A DNA stretch of 64,000 nt from Escherichia coli (lineage in GTDB: Bacteria; Pseudomonadota; Gammaproteobacteria; Enterobacterales; Enterobacteriaceae), in assembly GCA_031701365.1 (NCBI GenBank), contig GCA_031701365.1_4118.1, one strand, 5' to 3'. The translations under genes and the position numbers were made by a program. This document shows positions 51,447-59,480 of the stretch, one piece after another; position 1 is the stretch's first letter; each line of letters begins with the position of its first letter. A model generated the notes under the pieces. The model was not told where the DNA came from. It saw nothing but the letters and a program-made list of their open reading frames with translations, and did no database searches.

Positions 51447-51677
51447 ATGAAAGTTGAAGTTCAGCATAGTATTGTTCAGGATATGTCAGTAGTTAAATTT
51501 CTTTCTCTGAAAGATTACTTCAGATGTATCAAGTTCCTAGAAGAATCTCAATTACAGTGGACCCCATTAAAGTACAGTTCATCCAATGATACAGCTAGTA
51601 TTCGTTGTGATGAATCTGTACTTGTGAAAATCTCCAAACGATTTGGAGTAGGAAAAGTTAATGAGCACAGTAAGTGA
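51447..51677 (+). CDS. hypothetical protein (76 aa)
   Basis: AAGGAG SD. Confidence 0.7.
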   Translation: MKVEVQHSIVQDMSVVKFLSLKDYFRCIKFLEESQLQWTPLKYSSSNDTASIRCDESVLVKISKRFGVGKVNEHSK

Positions 51678-51915
51678 CCTAAAATACTACAACAAAACTG
51701 CGGATACGTTTATTACTCATTTATATGAAGAATTTAGTCGTATCCGTAAGGAATATACAGGTAAATGTATTTTATATAGTTCTTATCATAGTGGTGGAAT
51801 TGAAAGTGCTTACATTACTAAAGTGAAGTTTTCTGATGACTATCAATTACTCTTTGAATTAGATGATTGTTTCGTTATTGAAGCTTGTTTGATAGTGGAT
51901 GTTCTAGATAATTGA
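51661..51915 (+). CDS. family-C small protein
   Basis: RKEYTGKCILYS. Confidence 0.7.
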   Translation: MSTVSDLKYYNKTADTFITHLYEEFSRIRKEYTGKCILYSSYHSGGIESAYITKVKFSDDYQLLFELDDCFVIEACLIVDVLDN

Positions 51916-51921
51916 GGACAT

Positions 51922-52236
51922 ATGAATAAAGAACTTGCATTTGAGAGGATCGAAAAGTTAAAGTACATTGAAAAGGAACTAATAGAATCTGTCGAATCAA
52001 TGGTCGAAGATTACGTTTTCGATTTTAAGAAAACATTGATTGGATGTAAAGTTAAATGCTGGGATCATACAATCAGAGAATGGTTCAGTACTATAATTCT
52101 TGATGTTAAAGTATCGCGTACTGCTATTGGTAATTTAGTAAATGGTGAATGCTTTGTATACACTGAATACAATAACGGAACAAGAAACCTTTCAAGAGGA
52201 TGGCACAAACTCGAAGATGTAGAATTCATTGAGTAA
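51922..52236 (+). CDS. family-C small protein
   Basis: GAGGA SD; KKTLIGCKVKCW. Confidence 0.7.
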   Translation: MNKELAFERIEKLKYIEKELIESVESMVEDYVFDFKKTLIGCKVKCWDHTIREWFSTIILDVKVSRTAIGNLVNGECFVYTEYNNGTRNLSRGWHKLEDVEFIE

Positions 52237-52248
52237 CAAGGAGTAATA

Positions 52249-53181
52249 ATGCCAACTATTACACTAACAGTTGGATTACCTGGGTGTGGAAAAACCACAT
52301 GGGCAGTTCAAGAAATTAAAAATGCCAAATCGAAGACTATCAACATTAACCGTGATGACATTCGAGAATCAATGGCAGGGTCACATGATGCATACAAATT
52401 CAACGACGCTAATGAGCAGTACGTAACTAAAATGCAGTTCAGTGCAGCAAATTCAGCAGCAGAGAATGGTTGGAACATCATTGTGTCCGATACGAACCTT
52501 AAACAACATTTCCGTGATGAATGGAAACGTTGGGCTAAAGATAATGAATACGACTACAAAGAAAAGAACTTCTACGAAGATTTTGTACCGAATGAAGATC
52601 GTGGTGCAGATGTTCATGTTTTCTTTAAGATTAAAGAGTTCGTAAAACTTTGTAAGAAACGTAACCTCATGCGTGAGCGTTCAGTACAAGATAATATCAT
52701 TGACACTATGGCAGATACGTACTATTATAGTAAGGCCATGCACATTGGTTACTATGGTAATTCACGAGAAGCTGCTATCATCGTTGATATCGATGGAACT
52801 CTTGCTCATAAATGGGGGCGTAACCCGTTCGATGAAAGTACTGTTCTTCAGGATACACCTGATGAAGAAGTTATTTTGTCTATTATCGCTGAAGCAGTTT
52901 TTCATAAACGCAAGATTATCGTCATGAGTGGGCGTACTGAAGGGTGTCGTGCTGATACCGAACAGTGGCTTAAGAATTGGGGTGTTCCTTACGATGCATT
53001 GTTTATGCGAGATATCGATGATAAACGTCCTGATGATGTTGTAAAATTCGACCTGTACATGAAAAATGTGGTTGATCATTACGATGTTAAAAAGGTATAT
53101 GATGACCGAGCACAAGTCGTATTCATGTGGCGTAAGCTACTTGGCTTGAAAGTTTTTCAAGTTGCAGAAGGAAATTTCTAA
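52249..53181 (+). CDS. pseT: polynucleotide 5'-kinase/3'-phosphatase (T4 Pnk-like)
   Basis: P-loop GLPGCGKTT, INRDD, SDTN, then HAD phosphatase DIDGTL...SGR...DDR...WQVAxGxF-type C-terminus. Collinear with T4 PseT. Confidence 0.92.
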   Translation: MPTITLTVGLPGCGKTTWAVQEIKNAKSKTININRDDIRESMAGSHDAYKFNDANEQYVTKMQFSAANSAAENGWNIIVSDTNLKQHFRDEWKRWAKDNEYDYKEKNFYEDFVPNEDRGADVHVFFKIKEFVKLCKKRNLMRERSVQDNIIDTMADTYYYSKAMHIGYYGNSREAAIIVDIDGTLAHKWGRNPFDESTVLQDTPDEEVILSIIAEAVFHKRKIIVMSGRTEGCRADTEQWLKNWGVPYDALFMRDIDDKRPDDVVKFDLYMKNVVDHYDVKKVYDDRAQVVFMWRKLLGLKVFQVAEGNF

Positions 53182-53185
53182 TACA

Positions 53186-53218
53186 AAAGGGATCATATGT
53201 TGGTCCCTTTTTCTTTTA
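53186..53218 (+). terminator. rho-independent terminator
   Basis: Stem AAAGGGATCA/TGGTCCCTTT (one G.U), loop TATGT, then TTCTTTT. Confidence 0.75.
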
Positions 53219-53230
53219 AGGTATATTATA

Positions 53231-53407
53231 ATGAATGTAAAAACACAGATGTTGTTACAAAAAGAATACTTAGAAAATATAGAAATGTTCTATAGATTGT
53301 CTTTATACGAAAATAAAGATAAAAAATATAACTTTTCTAAACAACTAAACACAAGTACTAATGATTATCTATTTTCATCAATGTTTTATGTGAGAGGTTT
53401 ATTATAA
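53231..53407 (+). CDS. hypothetical mini-protein (58 aa)
   Basis: Track TTG 53162 starts inside pseT and crosses the terminator; trimmed to ATG 53231. Confidence 0.45.
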   Translation: MNVKTQMLLQKEYLENIEMFYRLSLYENKDKKYNFSKQLNTSTNDYLFSSMFYVRGLL

Positions 53408-53667
53408 TGGATAAATTTCACACAGATATAACACAGATAGGTAATCTTATCAATAGTCTAATTACTGATTTAGAAGAAAAGTATTTAGGTCGAAATGTAT
53501 ACGTAGAAATGTATGAAACATATGGTGTTATTGATATGATTTATTACAGTGCATTGAAGTGTGAAATACGTTTAACAGTATGTTTGTTTGAAAAAAATAC
53601 ATTCAACAGAAGTACTGCAATTCGCCAAGTTGGAGTTGATGATATAGAATTATACGAGGAACAATGA
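53407..53667 (+). CDS. family-C small protein
   Basis: TAATG overlap; EEKYLGRNVYVE. Confidence 0.75.
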   Translation: MDKFHTDITQIGNLINSLITDLEEKYLGRNVYVEMYETYGVIDMIYYSALKCEIRLTVCLFEKNTFNRSTAIRQVGVDDIELYEEQ

Positions 53668-53918
53668 TGTTTGAGCAGGACTTAGAGATATTCAAAAGTC
53701 ATATTGATTACTTGACTATATTAGAAAATGATTTAACTACAAAGTACAAAGGTATTCGTGTTCTGTGCTGGTATGATGATTGGGATTATAAACGTGAACT
53801 CACTATTGATCGAATTTATTTCAGTGACGGTGTACTAAATGTACATGGTGTAAATGATTTTGGTCATTCATATACATATTCTAATAATGCTAAATTTAAA
53901 AGGATCTACAATGAATGA
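53664..53918 (+). CDS. family-C small protein
   Basis: ATGA overlap; TTKYKGIRVLCW. Confidence 0.75.
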   Translation: MMFEQDLEIFKSHIDYLTILENDLTTKYKGIRVLCWYDDWDYKRELTIDRIYFSDGVLNVHGVNDFGHSYTYSNNAKFKRIYNE

Positions 53919-54213
53919 ATATTATCATAATTTATTCGATTACATAAAACTAATAGATGATCTTTCTTTTGAATTTCTCAGTACTGAAAAAGTTCTTGAA
54001 CCTCTCTATTATGATTGTATTAGTTCACTATCTTTAGATGAAAAAGAGATATTATCAAATAATTTACCGTCAACCGTCTGTGTAATCAATGGTTCCAAGG
54101 CTGTGGTGTCTGAGGTTAATTTTCATAAATCACTTAATACAATTGTTTACAAGTTCGATAACACTTGGTTTAATCATGTAACTAGTAATATTAAATCTGT
54201 GAGATTTTTATGA
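53911..54213 (+). CDS. family-C-like small protein
   Basis: Track ORF 53854 trimmed to ATG 53911 after AAGGA. Confidence 0.65.
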   Translation: MNEYYHNLFDYIKLIDDLSFEFLSTEKVLEPLYYDCISSLSLDEKEILSNNLPSTVCVINGSKAVVSEVNFHKSLNTIVYKFDNTWFNHVTSNIKSVRFL

Positions 54214-54506
54214 ATATAAAAAAATTATTTGAACAAGTAAATTTATTGTACTGGTGTTCAGACGGTTCAGATAAGGAATATAGTGAAGTTTATTTAGAAC
54301 TGTTTAGAACTGAAATTCATTATATTCGAAGATACTTAATTGATAACAAAACTAAAGTACAAGTAAGATACCATAATGGTACTTTAAAGGATGGTATAAT
54401 TATTGGATTGATAGTTGCACGATGGTCTAGTAATATTAAAGTTGCAGTAAGATTAATGTCTGATGATGGTGTCTACACAATAGAAGCTAGTGAGATTATA
54501 TATTAA
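54210..54506 (+). CDS. family-C small protein
   Basis: ATGA overlap; IDNKTKVQVRYHNG. Confidence 0.7.
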   Translation: MNIKKLFEQVNLLYWCSDGSDKEYSEVYLELFRTEIHYIRRYLIDNKTKVQVRYHNGTLKDGIIIGLIVARWSSNIKVAVRLMSDDGVYTIEASEIIY

Positions 54507-54812
54507 ATGGATATACAAACATTCAATAAGCTAAAGTACTATGATAATGGTTTTGCATTAATAATTAACGAACTTGATGGGATACCATACGAATATCATA
54601 ATCAATTAATGAAGATAGTAAAATGTATATGTGAAGAATTAAAAAGTATGTTTAAAAATGAATATGTTTATGATTTAGGTAATAGTAGCAAAAAACTATA
54701 CATAAAGAAATTCTGGGGAACGCATTGTGGTTTAATGGTCGATTTAGGTTTAAGTTTAGACGATAATTCTGAATCATGTTCATTATATATAGATGAAATG
54801 CGAATATCATGA
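54507..54812 (+). CDS. family-C-like small protein
   Basis: Starts immediately after the upstream TAA. Confidence 0.65.
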   Translation: MDIQTFNKLKYYDNGFALIINELDGIPYEYHNQLMKIVKCICEELKSMFKNEYVYDLGNSSKKLYIKKFWGTHCGLMVDLGLSLDDNSESCSLYIDEMRIS

Positions 54813-54827
54813 GACGTATCAGAATTC

Positions 54828-54853
54828 GGTGATATAATTTGATTACATCACCA
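54828..54853 (+). promoter_or_regulatory. extended -10 element (GGTGATATAAT) inside a small hairpin
   Basis: TGa+TATAAT at 54830-54838; arms GGTGAT/ATCACC flank it. Confidence 0.45.
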
Positions 54854-54869
54854 ATGTGGAGAAGTTGAA

Positions 54870-55196
54870 GTGAATGGTTCGTTTTTAACAATTTTAGAAA
54901 AGACATCCGAGATGCTTTCTAGTTCGTTAATGCACATTTTCAGTACTAATAATTTATACAATACCCAGGTGTTAGATTCAATTAGTAATAACTATGTGGT
55001 AAGTATATCTGATGAAATATGTCCATTTAATGCGTATACGAATTATAGTGTAGAAGAGTTTCATATATCCGAGATTCGATGTGGTTTTGGTGCTTGGTTA
55101 GTTCTAAATGAACGTTCAGGGACGTCTTTATACATCGAAGAAATTGATAAATTTATATACAAAGGAGTAGAATATGTTAACCCCAATCATTCTTAG
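54870..55196 (+). CDS. hypothetical protein (108 aa)
   Basis: GTG start 8 nt after GGAG. Confidence 0.5.
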   Translation: MNGSFLTILEKTSEMLSSSLMHIFSTNNLYNTQVLDSISNNYVVSISDEICPFNAYTNYSVEEFHISEIRCGFGAWLVLNERSGTSLYIEEIDKFIYKGVEYVNPNHS

Positions 55197-55803
55197 CAGT
55201 GCATATGTAATCGGTATTATTATTTCTGGTATGCTTGCATATAACTATAACAGAAGTGTTATAGGTTATGTAGTACTTGGTACAGTACTAAGTCCAGTGA
55301 TTGCTATTGGTCTTCTTGTTATGCTAGGTGAGAAAAATACAAGCTTCTTTATTACTAAAGAACTTGATAAAATCACCCCAGCACCAGAAACAGTTATTCC
55401 AGAAGTTAAAGAAGAAGTTAAAGAAGTTGAAGTTCAAATGCAAGTTAAAGTGTATAATACACTTGAAGAAACTGACCCTAAAGTTGTAGTGAATGTAGTT
55501 CCAGTCGTTGAAGAGGTGAAACCAAAAGCTCCTAAAGTACAGAAAAATACTAAAACTGCAAAGAAAGCTCGTTACACTAAAGGTAAGAACAAAGGTAAAT
55601 CTAAGGATGAACCACAACTAGGTGTTCATGACCATACTGCACAAATTGCAACGGCAGCGACCGCAGCAGCAATCGTAACATCACCAATCTACAACAATGA
55701 TGATTACAGTGATTATAGCCGTCACAGCAGTTCTTCCTCTGATTCTTGTTCCTATGATAGCTCTAGTTCTGATTCAAGTTCATCTTCTGGAAGTTGTGAT
55801 TAA
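55174..55803 (+). CDS. membrane protein with K/E/V-repeat linker and Ser-rich tail (209 aa)
   Basis: Two N-terminal hydrophobic helices, EVKEEVKEVEVQMQVKV repeats, basic KKARYTKGKNKGKSK, and C-terminus SSSSSDSCSYDSSSSDSSSSSGSCD. Confidence 0.7.
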   Translation: MLTPIILSSAYVIGIIISGMLAYNYNRSVIGYVVLGTVLSPVIAIGLLVMLGEKNTSFFITKELDKITPAPETVIPEVKEEVKEVEVQMQVKVYNTLEETDPKVVVNVVPVVEEVKPKAPKVQKNTKTAKKARYTKGKNKGKSKDEPQLGVHDHTAQIATAATAAAIVTSPIYNNDDYSDYSRHSSSSSDSCSYDSSSSDSSSSSGSCD

Positions 55804-56132
55804 TGTCAATGAAACCACTAATTCAACATAATATTTTTTATAGGTCATTATTCAAAATTCAAGATGATTTTTATCAGACGTTGAGTAATGATCTTATAGG
55901 TAAAACTGTACGATATTCGGAACAATACATCAAACGTATGACAAGTCAGTATATTGACCCTGAATACGAATACGACATTGAACACATTAATCCCAATACT
56001 AGAATGAAAATCATTGAGATATTTAAGAATGGGAGAACTATAGGTGCTGAAATTGAGTACTTGAATTGTGATTGTTACATAGATACAGAGTTGAGTTTGG
56101 ATTATCTTGTTTTAGTGGATGATGAGGAATAA
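55803..56132 (+). CDS. family-C small protein
   Basis: TAATG overlap; SNDLIGKTVRYS. Confidence 0.7.
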   Translation: MSMKPLIQHNIFYRSLFKIQDDFYQTLSNDLIGKTVRYSEQYIKRMTSQYIDPEYEYDIEHINPNTRMKIIEIFKNGRTIGAEIEYLNCDCYIDTELSLDYLVLVDDEE

Positions 56133-56134
56133 TT

Positions 56135-56350
56135 ATGATAACATTTTTCGCAATATATGGATTTGTAGCATTTGTTACATTTATAACCAACTTTCTAGTA
56201 CTTAATTGGGGTTGTTTTAAAGATGAAATCATGATTATCATGAATCTCCAAACAGCAGCACTGATGGCTATTATTTGGCCTGTAACGTTAGTATATATTT
56301 TTATTTCACTTACCCAAGATATTATTAACAAATATAAGAGAAAGAAATAA
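56135..56350 (+). CDS. small membrane protein (71 aa)
   Basis: Two hydrophobic segments (FFAIYGFVAFVTFITNFLVL; AALMAIIWPVTLVYIFISL). Confidence 0.65.
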   Translation: MITFFAIYGFVAFVTFITNFLVLNWGCFKDEIMIIMNLQTAALMAIIWPVTLVYIFISLTQDIINKYKRKK

Positions 56351-56601
56351 TGTTCAACAACGACTTATCACATTTGCGATATCTTATGTCTTTGGCTGAT
56401 GATTTTATAAATGATCTGAAGCCAAAATATATTGGTCAAGAAGTACGATTAATAAACTCCAGAGGGTATGGAAAATATATTATTACTGATATGTATATTA
56501 GTGGTGGTGAATGGCGTTTTAAAATTAATACTTATCTTAAAGATGGTTCTTTTGCTGGAACACAAGTTACTAAACACACTAATATTATATGGTTGGAGTA
56601 A
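56350..56601 (+). CDS. family-C small protein
   Basis: TAATG overlap; KPKYIGQEVRLI. Confidence 0.75.
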   Translation: MFNNDLSHLRYLMSLADDFINDLKPKYIGQEVRLINSRGYGKYIITDMYISGGEWRFKINTYLKDGSFAGTQVTKHTNIIWLE

Positions 56602-56603
56602 TA

Positions 56604-57347
56604 ATGAAACATTTCTTAGAAGTAACCGTACCTGATGATAAAGATTTATACATTGTAGGTGATTTGCATGGTAATGGTAAACTATGGGATGCTACAGTGA
56701 AAGAATTTGGTATTACACACAATGATTATGTTTTCAGTGTAGGTGATATTATCGACCGTGGAGAACAAAATTCAAAGCTCCTTTTTGAATTTTTGTTCGG
56801 AGAAAATCGTTACATGATTGCGGGTAATCATGAGATGATGTGCGTTGATTCGGAAACACTTCGAGATTGGTATCATTGTTGGATAAGTAATGGTGGTGAT
56901 AAATTCCTTGATGAAGTTGGAGGAACAGGCATTCAATTCTTTCGTCAGTACTTAAAAGATCTCCCTATGATTATCCAAATCAATCACCGAGGCTTGAAGA
57001 TTGGGTTAGTTCATGCTGGAGTTCCGTTGGAATATACAACATGGGAACGATTTGTTAATGGGACAAAATCACTTAGTGCTGATATAATTGATAAGTGCTT
57101 GTGGGATAGGAAAACATTCGATTATTGTAGAACGAATAATACCTATTATGCACCTAAGTTAGATGGAGTGCATTGTGTCTTTAGTGGACATACAGCAGTT
57201 ACTGATCCACTCATTTATGGTAATCGCATTTGGATTGATAGTCAATTCTTGACGGGTGACTTAACTCTCGCTACTCCACAAAGTGGTGGGATGAGATACT
57301 TACGTAAAGAAAAAGATGAGTACTCATTCAATCGTTTCAAAAGGTAA
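56604..57347 (+). CDS. Ser/Thr protein phosphatase (lambda PPase / PrpA-like metallophosphatase)
   Basis: Track ORF 56589 trimmed to ATG 56604 after GGAG; GDLHGN, GDIIDRG, GNHE, and HAG/GHT motifs in canonical order. Confidence 0.85.
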   Translation: MKHFLEVTVPDDKDLYIVGDLHGNGKLWDATVKEFGITHNDYVFSVGDIIDRGEQNSKLLFEFLFGENRYMIAGNHEMMCVDSETLRDWYHCWISNGGDKFLDEVGGTGIQFFRQYLKDLPMIIQINHRGLKIGLVHAGVPLEYTTWERFVNGTKSLSADIIDKCLWDRKTFDYCRTNNTYYAPKLDGVHCVFSGHTAVTDPLIYGNRIWIDSQFLTGDLTLATPQSGGMRYLRKEKDEYSFNRFKR

Positions 57348-57352
57348 TAATT

Positions 57353-57622
57353 ATGCATGATGAAGTTAAAAAATATTTGAATGATAGATATATTATGAAA
57401 AAATCTATTAATTCTATCCTAAAAGATCATGCTAATCAAATACGTGAGATTCTATCAAATAAACTTATTGGTTGTTCAGTTGAGTTCAATTACAAAAAGA
57501 ATGTAGTGAAGATTGGAGTTATTAAACGTGTAGTTGCTGTTTATGACCAAAATGTATATGTTGAAATTGAATATGATGGTAAATTATCACAATTAAGTAC
57601 TGAAGATTTAACATTTTTATAA
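57353..57622 (+). CDS. family-C small protein
   Basis: SNKLIGCSVEFN. Confidence 0.7.
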   Translation: MHDEVKKYLNDRYIMKKSINSILKDHANQIREILSNKLIGCSVEFNYKKNVVKIGVIKRVVAVYDQNVYVEIEYDGKLSQLSTEDLTFL

Positions 57623-57632
57623 GGAAATAGAA

Positions 57633-57860
57633 ATGAAAGTAATTCAAGTTATGGTAGAAAAATACCAAACTGAAGATGGTCGTATTTTTGATTCAGCTAA
57701 ACAAGCTGAACACCATGAACGTATTATTTCGGGTGCACGTAAAGTGTGTCCTACATGTAGTGGAACACAACAAGTACCGTCAGAAGATTACCGCAGCTTT
57801 TATGCTTGTCCACACTGTGATGGGAAAGGCTATGTAGAAAAACAAGAGGTATGGAAATGA
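57633..57860 (+). CDS. DnaJ-type zinc-finger mini-protein (75 aa)
   Basis: CPTCSGTQ and CPHCDGKG (CxxCxGxG repeats). Confidence 0.6.
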   Translation: MKVIQVMVEKYQTEDGRIFDSAKQAEHHERIISGARKVCPTCSGTQQVPSEDYRSFYACPHCDGKGYVEKQEVWK

Positions 57861-58270
57861 AATTGTATTGCTTAACTAATATGTACTGTCAAGGTGTCCA
57901 AGCTGGTATTCAAGCATTCCATGCTGGTGTTAAACTAATTAAAGAATATGAAGGTACTGCTTTCAGTACTATTATTGATGAATGGTACTATGAACACGAA
58001 ACTATTGTAGTACTAAATGCTGGTGGACATGATAAATTAAATTCTTATTATAACAACCTTAGCAAACAGGGGAAAGTTCCGTTTGCCAAATTCAATGAAG
58101 CTGGGTTGAATGATGCTATTACCTGTGTAGCAGTACTGTGTACGTCTGAAATGATTGAAGACATGGCTGTTATGCGTATGAATCTTCCTGCTGGTGATCA
58201 ACTAATGCAAGTAAAATATGGTGCATTGTTTGACACACTAAAAGCAATCAGTACAATGAGGACTATTTGA
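57857..58270 (+). CDS. PTH2-like (peptidyl-tRNA hydrolase 2 fold) protein
   Basis: ATGA overlap at 57857 (track start 57851). QAGIQAFHAGV, W..E.TIVVLN and VPFAKFNEAGLNDAITCVAVL parallel archaeal/eukaryotic Pth2 blocks (AAQxxHAAV, W...KIVLK, LPxxxIxDAG.T....T.TxLxIGP). Confidence 0.5.
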   Translation: MKLYCLTNMYCQGVQAGIQAFHAGVKLIKEYEGTAFSTIIDEWYYEHETIVVLNAGGHDKLNSYYNNLSKQGKVPFAKFNEAGLNDAITCVAVLCTSEMIEDMAVMRMNLPAGDQLMQVKYGALFDTLKAISTMRTI

Positions 58271-59469
58271 TGGATTTTCCAGAGAAGTTATTTGTTGCAC
58301 GTTCCTATGTAAACCACAACCAAGTTGATGGTTTTATTATCGATGCAACAAAATCACATACAAAAGCGTTTGAAACAAAGAAAGAGAGAGCAGAGTACTG
58401 GGCAAAGAAGAACAATCTTCCATCGTTATATATTGACAACGTTCCAACTACTGGATTTTGTGTAGTTGATAAATTAACAATTCATGCACGAGAAACATAT
58501 TTCACAATCCGTCACCCAGAAGGATTTGAATTTATGATTAGTGCCAAAAACATGAATGATTTAATTATCAATAACGATATAATCAAAGGTGTTTTTGTAG
58601 ACCCAATGTTTTTCAACAATAACTTAGAATTAATTAATGGTAAAACAAAAACATTTGCTAAGTTAGTTGAAAAAGAAAATAAAAAAGAACAACAAAAAGA
58701 AACTGTAGCAGGTCTTAAAGTTGGTGATGGTTTCACGTATCTCAAAGAAGATTACTATTACTGCGGTAAAGTACATGCAATTTGTATAAAGAAAACTAAA
58801 GAATTTGCATACCCCGACAAAAGTTCTGTTTATCATTTACTTTTTAACAGTACTCGTGGAACTTATGCATTGAATCAACGTTTGGATAATTACAATCTTG
58901 AACCTCGTGCACTCTTGAATAAGAAGACTACGGCAGATGAAGAAATTAAACTTGCTAATGAATTTTGGCAAAGCTATAGAACAAACAGACATAACCCATT
59001 AGGTGAATCTAACATTCCAGTACTGGTACACAATAAATCATTTAAAGCAAAAGACCTAAAAATTAAATATGAAGAAATAAATGTTGATGATCTTATGAAT
59101 AATGGACGTTTCAACGAGAACGTACCATTTATGACTAAAGATAATGAACAATCTTATCGCGTATTTTTTGGTGTAAGTAATAATACAACACGTAGTTATT
59201 ATGGACGTAGCGGGGATTATAATATTCATTATAATGATAAATTTGAACGCTTTAGTGCATACCCAGTTCAAATTGATGATAATGGAATTATGTCAATGGA
59301 TGTTGATATTAATGAGCACACATCATTTAGTACATGGAACGGTTATCGTTCACCATTCTTTCCACCAAATGAACGAAAAACATCAAGTTCTCGTTACTAC
59401 CAAGATAAGCCGTGTCACGTTCAACTATCAATTAGTAATCCACTTTATATTGGAAAGTATTATCTATAA
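58270..59469 (+). CDS. hypothetical protein (399 aa)
   Basis: TGATG overlap at 58270 (track TTG 58267); no recognisable motif. Confidence 0.75.
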   Translation: MDFPEKLFVARSYVNHNQVDGFIIDATKSHTKAFETKKERAEYWAKKNNLPSLYIDNVPTTGFCVVDKLTIHARETYFTIRHPEGFEFMISAKNMNDLIINNDIIKGVFVDPMFFNNNLELINGKTKTFAKLVEKENKKEQQKETVAGLKVGDGFTYLKEDYYYCGKVHAICIKKTKEFAYPDKSSVYHLLFNSTRGTYALNQRLDNYNLEPRALLNKKTTADEEIKLANEFWQSYRTNRHNPLGESNIPVLVHNKSFKAKDLKIKYEEINVDDLMNNGRFNENVPFMTKDNEQSYRVFFGVSNNTTRSYYGRSGDYNIHYNDKFERFSAYPVQIDDNGIMSMDVDINEHTSFSTWNGYRSPFFPPNERKTSSSRYYQDKPCHVQLSISNPLYIGKYYL

Positions 59470-59480
59470 AGGAATATACA

